Below, piece by piece: positions 1 to 9,289 of a DNA stretch of 64,000 bases. Origin of the DNA: Corallococcus coralloides DSM 2259 (lineage in GTDB: Bacteria > Myxococcota > Myxococcia > Myxococcales > Myxococcaceae). A program made the position numbers and the translations under genes. The stretch is taken from the NCBI RefSeq assembly GCF_000255295.1, contig NC_017030.1, positions 6,102,328 to 6,166,327 on the forward strand. The letters are read 5' to 3'. The notes beneath the pieces were generated by a model that was not told the origin of the DNA, did not search any database, and saw only the letters and a program-made list of their open reading frames with translations. Within the stretch, counting starts at the first letter, position 1. Each line of letters starts with the position of its first letter.

Positions 1-3
1 CGC

Positions 4-1314
4 TCACGATCCGACGTCTCGCACTGGCGCCACGCGAGCCGCGGCGCCCTCCACGATCCACCGGTGCGGAGGCCGCGTCACGCCTCCGTCCTGCACGCTG
101 GAGCGCACCTCGAAGGTGCATGCCTCCTCACGCTTCTCCCGCACCTGCCCCGCCCGGTCGCGCACCACCACCGTGAACGTATAGCGCCCCGCGGTGAGGC
201 CCAGCCGGTCCACCACGAAGCGCACCGTCCCGCTGCCGGCCACCGCCGCGCAGAAGGGCACCTCCTCCGCGAACGTGTCCGTGGCGTGCATCAGCACCCC
301 GTCCGCCCGGATGAGCTCCAGCCCCAGGCCCAGCTCCGGCGCGGGCGTGCGCGCGGTGTACGCCACGCTCAGCTCCAGGCCGTCCTCGGTGTCCACGGAC
401 TCCACCGCCCCGCCGTCCCGGCCCCGCAGCCGCACCGCGTCCACGGTGAGCGGAGACGATTCGCCCTGGGGCGACGCCAGCGACGGCAGCGCGCCGCCGT
501 CCGACGCCAGCGCGGGCGACTCCATGGCCATGCCGCGCTCCTCCGCCAGCGCCACCGCGCGGCGGTAGCTGCGGATGACGTCCGCGGGCGGACCGAACTC
601 ACGGATGCGCCCGGCGTCAATCCACGCGCCCAGGTCGCACCAGCGCTCCAGCGTCCCCAGGTCGTGGGTGACGATGACGATGGTCTTCCCGGCCCGCTTG
701 AACTCCGTCATCTTCGCCAGGCTCTTCTTGCCGAAGTGCTCGTCACCGACCGCGAGGATCTCATCGATGATGAGGATGTCCGGATCCACGTGCGTGGCCA
801 CGGAGAACGCCAGGCGCATGTACATGCCGCTGGAGTAGGTGCGCACCGGCTCGTCGATGAAGTCGCCCAGCTCGCTGAAGGCGATGATCTCCTCCATGCG
901 CGCCTTCACCTCCGCGCGCGTCATCCCCAGGATGATGCCGTTGATGAGGATGTTCTCCCGGCCGGAGAAGTCCGGGTGGAAGCCCGCGCCCAGGTCCAAC
1001 AACGCGCTGATGCGCCCGTTGATGTCGATGGTGCCCGTGGTGGGCGTGTAGATGCCGGTGATGAGCTTGAGCAGCGTGCTCTTGCCGGAACCATTGCGCC
1101 CGATGATGCCCACCGTCTTGCCGCGGGGCACCACCAGGTCAATGCCCCGGAGCGCTTCGATCATGGACTTGCCGTCCGTGTCGCGCTGGCCACGCAGGAG
1201 GCGGATGAGCTCCGACTTGATGGTGGTGTACTCGCGCCGGATGGTGCTCTTCCGGAAGCGCTTCACCACATTGCGGAGCACGATGGCGTCCGGAGACGCG
1301 ATGGCGCTGGTCAT
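4..1314 (-). CDS. ABC transporter ATP-binding protein, polysaccharide/O-antigen exporter type (Wzt/TagH/KpsT-like) with a C-terminal extension
   Basis: Walker A GRNGSGKST, ABC signature YSSGMYMRLAF, Walker B ILIIDE. The real start MTSAIAS lies inside the longer ORF 4..1749. Its ATG overlaps the stop of the upstream permease gene (ATGA). Confidence 0.8.
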   Translation of the reverse strand: MTSAIASPDAIVLRNVVKRFRKSTIRREYTTIKSELIRLLRGQRDTDGKSMIEALRGIDLVVPRGKTVGIIGRNGSGKSTLLKLITGIYTPTTGTIDINGRISALLDLGAGFHPDFSGRENILINGIILGMTRAEVKARMEEIIAFSELGDFIDEPVRTYSSGMYMRLAFSVATHVDPDILIIDEILAVGDEHFGKKSLAKMTEFKRAGKTIVIVTHDLGTLERWCDLGAWIDAGRIREFGPPADVIRSYRRAVALAEERGMAMESPALASDGGALPSLASPQGESSPLTVDAVRLRGRDGGAVESVDTEDGLELSVAYTARTPAPELGLGLELIRADGVLMHATDTFAEEVPFCAAVAGSGTVRFVVDRLGLTAGRYTFTVVVRDRAGQVREKREEACTFEVRSSVQDGGVTRPPHRWIVEGAAARVAPVRDVGS

Positions 1315-2111
1315 ATGAACTCCGCGAAGTCCTCGCGGCGGCGCTCGAAGATGCCCGCAGCGATCCACAACAGCGCCAGGGAGATGCCCAACCACATCAA
1401 GAGCGGGCCGGGCTGTGGCAGCTGATGTTCGTAGAAGATGGCCTGGTAGGACGTCACCATGACCGCCATGGGGTTGAGCAGCACGATCGGCGCCCGGACC
1501 GCCTCCGGCAGCGAGTCCACCCGGTAGAAGACCGGCGTGACGAAGAACCACATCGTCAGCAGGTTGGCGATGATCTGCTGCAGGTCCCGGAACGTCACGT
1601 TGAGCGCGGACACGATGTAGACCAGCGCCACCGTCATGCACAGCTGGGTGAGCAGCACCACCGGGAAGGCCACCACGTGCCAGGTGGGCACGTAGCCCAG
1701 GAGCAGCCCCAGCGCGACCATCAGCGGCAGGGACAGCACGTAGTTGCACAGGTTGGTCACCACCACCGTGGCCGGCAGCACCTGGGCGGGGAAGCGCACC
1801 TTGGTGAGCAGGTCGCGCCGGTCACTGATGGCGCTGGCGCCGGTCCCCAGTGACGTGGCGAACCAGATCCACGGGAGCAACCCCACGAAGACGAAGAACG
1901 TGTACCCGGGGATGTTCTGCCGCATGTAGACGGTGAACAGCAGCGAGTAGACGCCCATCTGGAGCATCGGGTTGAGGAACGTCCAGAAGAAGCCGAGCAC
2001 CGAGTTCCGGTACCGCGCCTTCAGCTCGCGCTGGGTCAGGCTGAGCAGGAGGCCCCGGTACTGGTAGAGCTCACGGAGGTTGCGAAGCATGCGGCGCCAT
2101 CCATACCTCAT
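1311..2111 (-). CDS. ABC-2 type transporter permease (Wzm/KpsM/TagG-like)
   Basis: The translation has several hydrophobic helices and ABC-2 permease character. It is translationally coupled to the ATPase gene. An alternative start lies at 2147. Confidence 0.7.
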   Translation of the reverse strand: MRYGWRRMLRNLRELYQYRGLLLSLTQRELKARYRNSVLGFFWTFLNPMLQMGVYSLLFTVYMRQNIPGYTFFVFVGLLPWIWFATSLGTGASAISDRRDLLTKVRFPAQVLPATVVVTNLCNYVLSLPLMVALGLLLGYVPTWHVVAFPVVLLTQLCMTVALVYIVSALNVTFRDLQQIIANLLTMWFFVTPVFYRVDSLPEAVRAPIVLLNPMAVMVTSYQAIFYEHQLPQPGPLLMWLGISLALLWIAAGIFERRREDFAEFI

Positions 2112-2198
2112 GCCCCCGGAAGGTGTCAGGCATGGGACTCCAGCCATCCACGCGAAAGCCCGTCTGCTCGCCAGGGCTCACGCCCCTCCGAGAGGCCA

Positions 2199-2241
2199 TT
2201 TTGGAAAAGAAAAAGGCCCCCTGGTTTCCCAGAGGGCCTTT
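2199..2241 (-). terminator. Rho-independent terminator downstream of the tRNA-Gly pair
   Basis: Hairpin AAAGGCCCCCTGG-tttc-CCAGAGGGCCTTT (12 of 13 bp), followed on the minus strand by UUUUUCUUUUCC. Confidence 0.5.
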
Positions 2242-2244
2242 GAT

Positions 2245-2319
2245 TGGAGCGGGAAAAGGGATTTGAACCCTCGACCCTCGCCTTGGCAAGGCGATGCTCT
2301 ACCGCTGAGCTATTCCCGC
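2245..2319 (-). tRNA. tRNA-Gly (anticodon GCC)
   Basis: The reverse complement reads GCGGGAATAGCTCAGCGGTAGAGCATCGCCTTGCCAAGGCGAGGGTCGAGGGTTCAAATCCCTTTTCCCGCTCCA. It has a 7-bp acceptor stem, D and T arms, a GCC anticodon loop and an encoded CCA. Confidence 0.9.
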
Positions 2320-2349
2320 ATCAGGTACTGCAGTGCTGCGTGCTTCGTT

Positions 2350-2424
2350 TGGAGCGGGAAAAGGGATTTGAACCCTCGACCCTCGCCTTGGCAAGGCGAT
2401 GCTCTACCGCTGAGCTATTCCCGC
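2350..2424 (-). tRNA. tRNA-Gly (anticodon GCC), second identical copy
   Basis: An exact tandem duplicate of the 75-nt tRNA, 30 nt upstream of the first copy. Confidence 0.9.
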
Positions 2425-2484
2425 ATCAGGTACCGCAGTGTTGCTTGCCACCCGCCGGTCGGTGCCGCGCCGGAGGTGGGGTGC

Positions 2485-2513
2485 GATATACAGAGGCCTC
2501 CCGGACACGTCAA
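2485..2513 (-). promoter_or_regulatory. Putative sigma-A promoter for the tRNA-Gly pair
   Basis: Minus strand reads TTGACG, 17 nt, TATATC. The -35 element overlaps the pgsA stop codon. The predicted transcription start is about 50 nt upstream of the tRNA 5' end. Confidence 0.3.
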
Positions 2514-3199
2514 ACACTTTTCGCATCCGGATCCGTGCTGCCCCGGCGGGCGAGCATGTTGAGGAACGCGCGGAAGTAGACGACCGCGCTCCACACGGAG
2601 AACGCACCGGACAGGTACACCAGCACCTTGCCCACCTGGTTGTAGTCCACGGTGACGACGCGGAAGCCCACGTCCAGCGGGTGCACGTAGTGGACGCACA
2701 GGGAGATGATCCCCACCAGCTGGAGGGACGTCTTCCACTTTCCCTCCTGCCCCGCGGCGATGACCATGCCTTCACTGGCGGCGATGGTGCGCAGACCGGT
2801 GACGATGAACTCGCGGGCCAGCAGCACGATGACGACCCAGGCGGCGATGCGGCCCAGGCGCACCATCATCACCAGGGCGGCCATGGCGATGAGCTTGTCC
2901 GCCAGCGGATCCATGAACTTGCCCACCACGGTGATGAGGTTCCAGCGGCGGGCCAGGTAGCCGTCAATCACATCGGTGATGGCGGCCACGGCGAACACCA
3001 GGCCGGCCAGCAGCGAGTGCAGGGGATCCGCGTCGTAGGTGAGCCAGACGAACACGGGGATGAGAAGGATGCGCCCCAGCGTCAGCATGTTGGGCAGGTT
3101 CCAGAACTCCTGCACCAGGATGCTGGGACGGCGGGACGCGCGGCGGCGGGCCCGCTCCTCGCGCTTGCGCTGCTTCCTGAGGGCTCGCTCGGTGGCCAT
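2510..3199 (-). CDS. pgsA: CDP-diacylglycerol--glycerol-3-phosphate 3-phosphatidyltransferase
   Basis: CDP-alcohol phosphatidyltransferase motifs (DGYLAR...GKFMDPLADK). It is a multi-pass membrane protein. Confidence 0.85.
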   Translation of the reverse strand: MATERALRKQRKREERARRRASRRPSILVQEFWNLPNMLTLGRILLIPVFVWLTYDADPLHSLLAGLVFAVAAITDVIDGYLARRWNLITVVGKFMDPLADKLIAMAALVMMVRLGRIAAWVVIVLLAREFIVTGLRTIAASEGMVIAAGQEGKWKTSLQLVGIISLCVHYVHPLDVGFRVVTVDYNQVGKVLVYLSGAFSVWSAVVYFRAFLNMLARRGSTDPDAKSV

Positions 3200-3210
3200 G
3201 GGCGCGCGTT

Positions 3211-4968
3211 CTACCGGACCCCGAGTGCGATGAGGGCAAATCCTTCACCGCCCAGCTCCACCGCCGCCTTCAGTGTCTCCCCGCCAGCGGACGCCACGAG
3301 CGGCACCACGCGGGGCGTGAGGTTGCCCACCCAGCCCACCAGGTGCGTGAGGGGCACCGTCACCGGCTGGTCCATGGCCACCGGCACCGAGCGCAGCGGC
3401 CCCGTCAGGCTGAGCAGCACCCGCCCCTGCCCGCGCAGGTGCACCAGGTCCAGGTCCTGCGCCAGGTCCGACGGCACGCGGCCGTTCTCGAAGACGACGG
3501 GCTCCTCGAAGGCGAAGACGCACGCGTCGCGCAGGTAGACGGACTCGTCGTCCAGGGACACCGCCACCCACTGCCGCCCGGACACGGGCTCCAGGTGCAG
3601 CGTCCCCTGCCCCCGGGCGCGCACCATGGCCTGGTCGCCCTCGCCAAAGGGCTTGTCCGTAGCCCGGCCCCGGAAGCGCTTCATCTCCGGCTCGAAGGTG
3701 ACCGGGCCGCGCACGGCGATCAGCCCCTCCAGGCGCGTGAGCAGCTCGCCCTCCACCGCGAGCGTCAGGACGGACGCGCTCTGGGTGAAGGGCTGGCCCG
3801 GCGCCACGCCCGGCAGCGCCACCGAGGGCACCCAGGCGGTGAGCACGGGAGGATTCGAGCCCGTTGCAGTGTCAGGCGCGCGAGACGGCTCGGCGGCGCG
3901 GGTCGGCGGAATCGGCTCGGCGGGCCGGGTCGCTTCCGGTGGCTCGCTCGTGGCCAGCGCGGCGAAGGTCTCCGCGAAGGCGTCGCCAGGCTCCGACTCC
4001 AGGTCGGACGCGAGGACGGGCGGCTCCTCGGAGACCTCGATCTCCTCCGACACCGGCGTGGGGGGCAGCTCGTCGGCGACCTCGACATCGGCCCCGGAGG
4101 TGTCCGCGTCCGTGGTGGCGGCGAGCTCCGCGTCCTCCTCGAAGGTGCTCGCGCCGGCGGCGAGGCTGGGGTCCTCGTCCTCCTGGACCTGGGTCGCGGC
4201 GCGCGAGCTCAAGGCGTGGTCGTCCGTGGGCGCGGGCGGGCCTTCGTCCTCCGCGAAGCGCAGGTCGTCGTCCGACGCCTTCGCGGCGGCCTGAGGCGGC
4301 GGCGCGGCGGCGGTGCGGGGACTGCGCGGCGCCTCATCCAGACCGAACTGGGCACCCCAGTCGCTCTCGCCGGAAGCAGACGACGCGAGCACGGGCAGCG
4401 CGGCGGACTCCTCCTCCTCGCGCGGACGGGCCGGCGCGGGAGGCGCGGGCGGACGGCTGTAGCCCTCGCCAGCGATGGCGCGCGACATCTTCTCCGCCAT
4501 GGCGTCGCTGCCGGACAGCAGGAAGTGCTCGCGCGCGCGGCCGTACTCGCCCATCTGGGCGAAGGTCAGGCCCAGGTAGTTGTGGGCCTTCTTGTGGTCC
4601 GGGGCCAGGTCGGTGGCGGTCTCGAACTCGCGCGCCGCGCGCTGGAGCGCGTTCGTCTTCAGGTAGACGAGCCCCAGGTTCACGCGCAGCGTCGGGTCCA
4701 CCGGGTTGTCCCGCACGAGCATCTCGTACAGGTCGGCGGCGCGGTCGAAGAGGCCCAGCTTGAAATACGTCAGGCCCAGGAGGTTCTGGGCCTTCTCGTG
4801 GCGCGGCTGGAGCTGGTGCGCACGCTCCAGGAAGTCCTTCGCTTCGGTGACCTTGCCGGCGCCCAGCAGCTCGCTCCCGCGTTGGAGCTGCTGCAGGAAC
4901 TCCTCGTCAGCGGGGCCCGGCGGCTTCGTCCCCTTCGTGCGCGTCGTCATTCTCGGATGTGGGCTCAC
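3211..4968 (-). CDS. TPR-repeat protein with a Pro/Ala/acidic linker and a C-terminal beta-rich domain (possibly AIM24/DUF124-like)
   Basis: N-terminal TPR repeats are present. The C-terminal fold assignment is tentative. The start overlaps the upstream SLT gene by about 60 bp; an alternative start is at 4950. Confidence 0.55.
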   Translation of the reverse strand: MSPHPRMTTRTKGTKPPGPADEEFLQQLQRGSELLGAGKVTEAKDFLERAHQLQPRHEKAQNLLGLTYFKLGLFDRAADLYEMLVRDNPVDPTLRVNLGLVYLKTNALQRAAREFETATDLAPDHKKAHNYLGLTFAQMGEYGRAREHFLLSGSDAMAEKMSRAIAGEGYSRPPAPPAPARPREEEESAALPVLASSASGESDWGAQFGLDEAPRSPRTAAAPPPQAAAKASDDDLRFAEDEGPPAPTDDHALSSRAATQVQEDEDPSLAAGASTFEEDAELAATTDADTSGADVEVADELPPTPVSEEIEVSEEPPVLASDLESEPGDAFAETFAALATSEPPEATRPAEPIPPTRAAEPSRAPDTATGSNPPVLTAWVPSVALPGVAPGQPFTQSASVLTLAVEGELLTRLEGLIAVRGPVTFEPEMKRFRGRATDKPFGEGDQAMVRARGQGTLHLEPVSGRQWVAVSLDDESVYLRDACVFAFEEPVVFENGRVPSDLAQDLDLVHLRGQGRVLLSLTGPLRSVPVAMDQPVTVPLTHLVGWVGNLTPRVVPLVASAGGETLKAAVELGGEGFALIALGVR

Positions 4969-5596
4969 GGCTGCTGGCCTCGGCCTGGGCGAGCCGCTCG
5001 CGCTCCTTGTAGTGTTGGTAGAGCTGGAGGACCTTGCGCACGTATTCCTGCGTCTCGGCGTACGGCGGCACCTGGCCTCCGTACTTCTTCACCGCGTCCG
5101 GTCCAGCGTTGTACGCGGCGACCATCTTCACCATGTCGCCGTCGAACATGTTGGCCAGCACGCGCAGGTAGCGCACGCCGCCCTCGATGTTGTCCTTCGA
5201 GTCGAAGATGTCCTTCACGTACATGTCCGACGCGGTGCCCGGCATGAGCTGCATCAGCCCGCTGGCGCCCTTGTGGCTGAGCGCGTTCGGGTTGAAGTTG
5301 CTCTCCGTGTGCATGATGGCGCGCACCAGCGCCGGCGGGATGCGGTAGCGCAGCGCCGCGGTGGTGATGTGCGGATCCAGCTCCGCGGGCGTCCGCGAGC
5401 GGCCCCGCACGGGCGCGGACTTGGCCGGCGCGGGCGTGAAGGTCCCGGACAGCTTGCGGGCCTTGCGCGCGCCTCCGGGAGGCACGTTCGTGTAGACGAT
5501 GGTGCCGTCCTTCTCCACGTAGCTGTAGATGCCGTCCGCGGCGGCGGCCGGGAGGGCGGCGGTCAGCAGGACGACGAGGGCGGTCAGGACACGCAT
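4907..5596 (-). CDS. Lytic transglycosylase (SLT domain), secreted
   Basis: SLT motif ESNFNPNALSHKGASGLMQLMPGTA. The signal peptide MRVLTALVVLLTAALPAAAA sits at an internal start of the ORF 4907..5809. Confidence 0.8.
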   Translation of the reverse strand: MRVLTALVVLLTAALPAAAADGIYSYVEKDGTIVYTNVPPGGARKARKLSGTFTPAPAKSAPVRGRSRTPAELDPHITTAALRYRIPPALVRAIMHTESNFNPNALSHKGASGLMQLMPGTASDMYVKDIFDSKDNIEGGVRYLRVLANMFDGDMVKMVAAYNAGPDAVKKYGGQVPPYAETQEYVRKVLQLYQHYKERERLAQAEASSREPTSENDDAHEGDEAAGPR

Positions 5597-5684
5597 GGCG
5601 GCGGGCGAAACCTTAGACAACGCCCGGAAAGTCCTCAAGAAAACGCCTTGTTTCCAGCACTTACCGCCATTAAGGCTGTTGGCC

Positions 5685-7271
5685 ATGCCCCATCGGTTTG
5701 ATTTTCTGGTCATGGGCGGCGGCGTGGCCGGACTGTCGTTCGCCCTGCAGGCGGCCCGGCACGGCACGGTCGCCGTGCTCACCAAACGCGAGCGCGGCGA
5801 AGGCAACACCGCCTACGCCCAGGGGGGCATCGCCGGCGTGCTGTCCCCCACGGACACGTTCGACGCGCACATCGATGACACGCTCGTCGCGGGCGCGGGC
5901 CTGTGCCACCGCGACGCGGTGGAGGTGACGGTGCGAGAGGGCCCCGCGCGCCTCAAGGAGCTGGTGGCGCTGGGCGCGGCGTTCGACCAGCGCGGCGGCG
6001 AGTTCGACCTCACGCGCGAGGGCGGCCACTCCGCCCGCCGGATCATCCACGCGGGCGACATCACCGGCCGCGAGGTGCAGCGCGCGCTGCTGGCCGCGTG
6101 CGACGAGCAGCCCAACATCACCTTCTTCCAGAACACGGCCGCCATCGACCTCATCCTGGACCGGCGTCCGCATACTCCGGCCGGCAGCCGGTGCCTGGGC
6201 GTGTACGCGCTGATGGAGGACGGCTCCATCGATCGATTCCTCTCCAAGGTGACGGTGGTGGCCACGGGCGGCGCGGGCAAGGTGTACCTCTACACGTCCA
6301 ACCCGGACGTCGCGACGGGTGACGGCGTGGCCATGGCGTACCGCGCGGGCGCGCGCGTGGCGAACATGGAGTTCTACCAGTTCCACCCCACCTGCCTCTT
6401 CCACCCGGAGGCCAAGAGCTTCCTGATCAGCGAAGCGCTGCGCGGCGAGGGCGGCAAGCTGCGGCTCAAGGGCGGCCAGACGTTCATGGACCGCTACCAC
6501 CCGATGAAGGATCTGGCCCCGCGCGACGTGGTGGCGCGCGCCATCGACGCGGAGCTCAAGCGCACGGGCAACGACTGCGTCTACCTGGACATGACGCACC
6601 TGGGCCGCGCGTACCTCACCGAGCGCTTCCCCAACATCTACGCCACCTGCAAGGCCTTCAACATCGACATGGCCGTGCAGCCCATCCCCGTGGTGCCCGC
6701 GGCCCACTACCAGTGCGGCGGCGTGGTGACGGACCTGCACGGGCGCACCAACATCCCGGGCCTCTACGCCATTGGCGAGGCGTCCTGCACCGGCCTACAC
6801 GGCGCGAACCGGCTCGCGTCCAACTCGCTGCTGGAGGGCCTGGTGTTCGGCCACCGCGCGGTGCAGGTGGCGTCGGAGGAGCTGGCGTCACTGACGCTGC
6901 CGAAGGAGGACCCGCCGGCCTGGGACTCCGGCAGCGCGGTGGACTCCGACGAGAGCGTGGTCGTCACCCACAACTGGGATGAGATCCGCCGGCTGATGTG
7001 GAACTACGTGGGCATCGTCCGCACGGACAAGCGGCTGATGCGCGCGCGGCGGCGGCTGGAGCTGCTGCGCGAGGAGATCCGCGACTACTACTGGCGCTTC
7101 AAGGTCACCCGCGACGTCATCGAGCTGCGCAACATCGCGGAGGTGGCGCACCTCATCGTGGACTGTGCCAGCCGCCGCAAGGAGAGCCGGGGCCTGCACT
7201 ACACCCTGGACTACCCGCATACGGACGAGCACCAGGGCACACGCGACACCATCCTTTCGCGGGAGCTGTGA
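5685..7271 (+). CDS. nadB: L-aspartate oxidase
   Basis: FAD-binding GGGVAGL motif, plus RGEGG and HYQCGGV motifs typical of NadB. The start MPHRFDF is internal to the ORF 5529..7271. Confidence 0.85.
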   Translation: MPHRFDFLVMGGGVAGLSFALQAARHGTVAVLTKRERGEGNTAYAQGGIAGVLSPTDTFDAHIDDTLVAGAGLCHRDAVEVTVREGPARLKELVALGAAFDQRGGEFDLTREGGHSARRIIHAGDITGREVQRALLAACDEQPNITFFQNTAAIDLILDRRPHTPAGSRCLGVYALMEDGSIDRFLSKVTVVATGGAGKVYLYTSNPDVATGDGVAMAYRAGARVANMEFYQFHPTCLFHPEAKSFLISEALRGEGGKLRLKGGQTFMDRYHPMKDLAPRDVVARAIDAELKRTGNDCVYLDMTHLGRAYLTERFPNIYATCKAFNIDMAVQPIPVVPAAHYQCGGVVTDLHGRTNIPGLYAIGEASCTGLHGANRLASNSLLEGLVFGHRAVQVASEELASLTLPKEDPPAWDSGSAVDSDESVVVTHNWDEIRRLMWNYVGIVRTDKRLMRARRRLELLREEIRDYYWRFKVTRDVIELRNIAEVAHLIVDCASRRKESRGLHYTLDYPHTDEHQGTRDTILSREL

Positions 7272-7277
7272 GCGCCC

Positions 7278-8036
7278 ATGTCCCGTCCGCGCCGCATGCT
7301 GGATGACCTCCCCGGCCCCTCCGGGCTGGGCGATGAACAGGACAACGCGCAGCGCCCGCAAGACGGCGGTGGTCCCCCGCCGGGCCCGCCCCAGCGTGCA
7401 CTGCCCACGCCCTACGTCAGCTTCGCCATCATCGCGGGCGCGGTGGGGATGTTCTTCCTCAGCCCGTCGCTGGGCCGGCCGCTCGTCATCGACGGGAGGA
7501 CGCTGGGCCTGGTGGGGCCGCTGGCGCTCTACGGGCCGTGGGTCCAGGCGGGCGAGTACTGGCGTCTGCTGGGCATGGTGTTCGAGCACGGCGGCGCGAT
7601 GCACCTGCTCTTCAACATGCTCGCCGTCTATTCGCTGGGCGCGTCGCTGGAGCGCGGCATTGGAAGCCTGAGGTTCCTGGGGCTGTCGCTCGTCACCGCG
7701 CTGGGCGGGTCCGCGTTCGCGCTCTTCTTCAACTTCGACACCGTGACGGTGGGCGCGTCCGGAATGATTCTCGGCTGGGGCGGCGCGATGCTGCCCATCC
7801 TCACGCAGCAGGGCCGCCGGGAGCACATGTTCTGGCTCGTGCAGGTGGCGGTCATCAGTCTGCTGCCCGGGGTGAGCTGGGCGGGGCACCTGGGTGGCTT
7901 CGTCTTCGGCCTGCCCTGCGGCATGGCGCTGCGCATGGGCCCGAAGGTCTACTCGCGCGCCATCCCCGTCCTGCTGTTCATCGCCGCGGCGTTGGCCGTG
8001 GTCGCCGCCCATCCCGGGCGCCTTGGAGGCTTTTGA
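7278..8036 (+). CDS. Rhomboid family intramembrane serine protease
   Basis: GASG catalytic motif (GASGMILG) and AGHLGGF histidine motif, with multiple transmembrane helices. Confidence 0.8.
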   Translation: MSRPRRMLDDLPGPSGLGDEQDNAQRPQDGGGPPPGPPQRALPTPYVSFAIIAGAVGMFFLSPSLGRPLVIDGRTLGLVGPLALYGPWVQAGEYWRLLGMVFEHGGAMHLLFNMLAVYSLGASLERGIGSLRFLGLSLVTALGGSAFALFFNFDTVTVGASGMILGWGGAMLPILTQQGRREHMFWLVQVAVISLLPGVSWAGHLGGFVFGLPCGMALRMGPKVYSRAIPVLLFIAAALAVVAAHPGRLGGF

Positions 8037-8038
8037 CG

Positions 8039-8641
8039 ATGGCTGAAACCCCCGTGCGCAGCGTCTGCGTCTTCTGTGGCTCGCGCTCCGGCGTGCGCGC
8101 CGAGTACCGCGAGGCCGCGTCCAGGATGGGCGCCGCGCTGGCGAAGCGGGGCCTGACGCTCGTCTATGGGGGTGCCAGCGTGGGGCTGATGGGCGCGGTG
8201 GCGGACGCGGTCATCGCCAATGGCGGCAAGGCCGTGGGGGTGCTCCCCCACTTCATGGACGCGAAGGAGCTGGCCCACCCGCGGCTGACGGAGTTGCACC
8301 GGGTGGACTCCATGCACTCGCGCAAGGCGATGATGGCCGAGCGCGCGGACGCCTTCGTCGCCCTGCCCGGCGGCTTCGGCACGCTGGACGAGCTCTTCGA
8401 AATCGTCACCTGGGCGCAGCTGGGCCTGCACAGAAAGCCCATGGGCCTGTTGGACGTGGACGGCTTCTTCCAGCCGCTGCTCGCGATGGCGAAGCAGATG
8501 GTGGAGGCGGGCTTCGTCCCGGAGACGCAGGGAGTGCCCTTCGCGGTGAATGCCTCGCCGGACGCGCTCCTGGACCGCCTGCTCGCGGGGCCCACGATGC
8601 CGCTCACGTCGAAGTGGCTGAAGGACGGCCAGCAGACCTGA
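8039..8641 (+). CDS. LOG family protein (cytokinin riboside 5'-monophosphate phosphoribohydrolase-like)
   Basis: TIGR00730-type motifs VYGGASVGLMG and PGGFGTLDE. The start MAETPVR overlaps the rhomboid stop. Confidence 0.8.
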   Translation: MAETPVRSVCVFCGSRSGVRAEYREAASRMGAALAKRGLTLVYGGASVGLMGAVADAVIANGGKAVGVLPHFMDAKELAHPRLTELHRVDSMHSRKAMMAERADAFVALPGGFGTLDELFEIVTWAQLGLHRKPMGLLDVDGFFQPLLAMAKQMVEAGFVPETQGVPFAVNASPDALLDRLLAGPTMPLTSKWLKDGQQT

Positions 8642-8659
8642 GGGCCGTCCCCGCGGCGT

Positions 8660-9289
8660 TCAGCGCGCGTGGACCTTCAGCTCCGCGTTCCCCAGTGACG
8701 AGGCGACGCGGAGCATCACCTGCTCGGTGCCCTCGGGGATGATGGGCTGGCCGTTGCCGAAGGTCTTGGGGAAGCGCACGCGGTAGCCCACCCAGAAGAG
8801 GCTGGCGTACGGGTAGTAGGCGCGCACATTGAGGTCCGCCCGGCCCAGGCGGCGGATCTCCGAGGGCGTGATTTCGCCCGCGGGCGTCACCAGCGCGATC
8901 CGCCAGATGCTGTTGCGGTGGGCGAAGTCGTCGTAGCGGTAGTCGTTGACGTGCACCGCCAGGTAGAACTCGTGGAACTTCGCCGCGTCCGCCAGCTCCT
9001 CCGCCAGCAGCTGCTCCACCTTCGCGGCGGGCAGCGTCTGGAAGATGGCGCGGCGGTGGATGCGGGCCTCGCGGAAGGCGGGCGTCTGGAACGTGGCCCC
9101 CGCGAAGACGCGCGTGTCGAAGCCGTCGTAGATCTCCTTGCGGTCCGAGTACCGATCCAGCACCGCGAGGTAGGCGGCCTCCTGCTTGGGGTCATCCAGC
9201 GTGGGCGCGGGCTCTCCGACGACGGGGGGCGCGGTGGAGCAGCCGCCCAGCACGCCCAGCAGCACCGCGGCCACCAGCAGCCTTCTCAC
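8660..9289 (-). CDS. Lipoprotein of unknown function
   Basis: Signal peptide with lipobox LGGC. No recognisable catalytic motif. Confidence 0.6.
   Translation of the reverse strand: MRRLLVAAVLLGVLGGCSTAPPVVGEPAPTLDDPKQEAAYLAVLDRYSDRKEIYDGFDTRVFAGATFQTPAFREARIHRRAIFQTLPAAKVEQLLAEELADAAKFHEFYLAVHVNDYRYDDFAHRNSIWRIALVTPAGEITPSEIRRLGRADLNVRAYYPYASLFWVGYRVRFPKTFGNGQPIIPEGTEQVMLRVASSLGNAELKVHAR

Noticed and set aside
64-1425. Long plus-strand ORF (453 aa) and many similar long antisense ORFs across the window, e.g. 2438..3538, 3343..5247, 9328..11643, 13683..15470, 16403..18097, 42751..44715, 54003..56672, 59861..62047, 61872..63863
   Set aside because: They lie antisense to genes that have clear motifs, their predicted proteins are Arg/Ala/Gly/Pro low-complexity, and they are typical stop-codon-poor shadow frames of a 70% GC genome.
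2245-2424. The tRNA-Gly pair considered as the attachment site of an integrated mobile element
   Set aside because: No integrase, excisionase or direct repeat of the tRNA 3' end is present in the flanks. The neighbours are conserved housekeeping genes.
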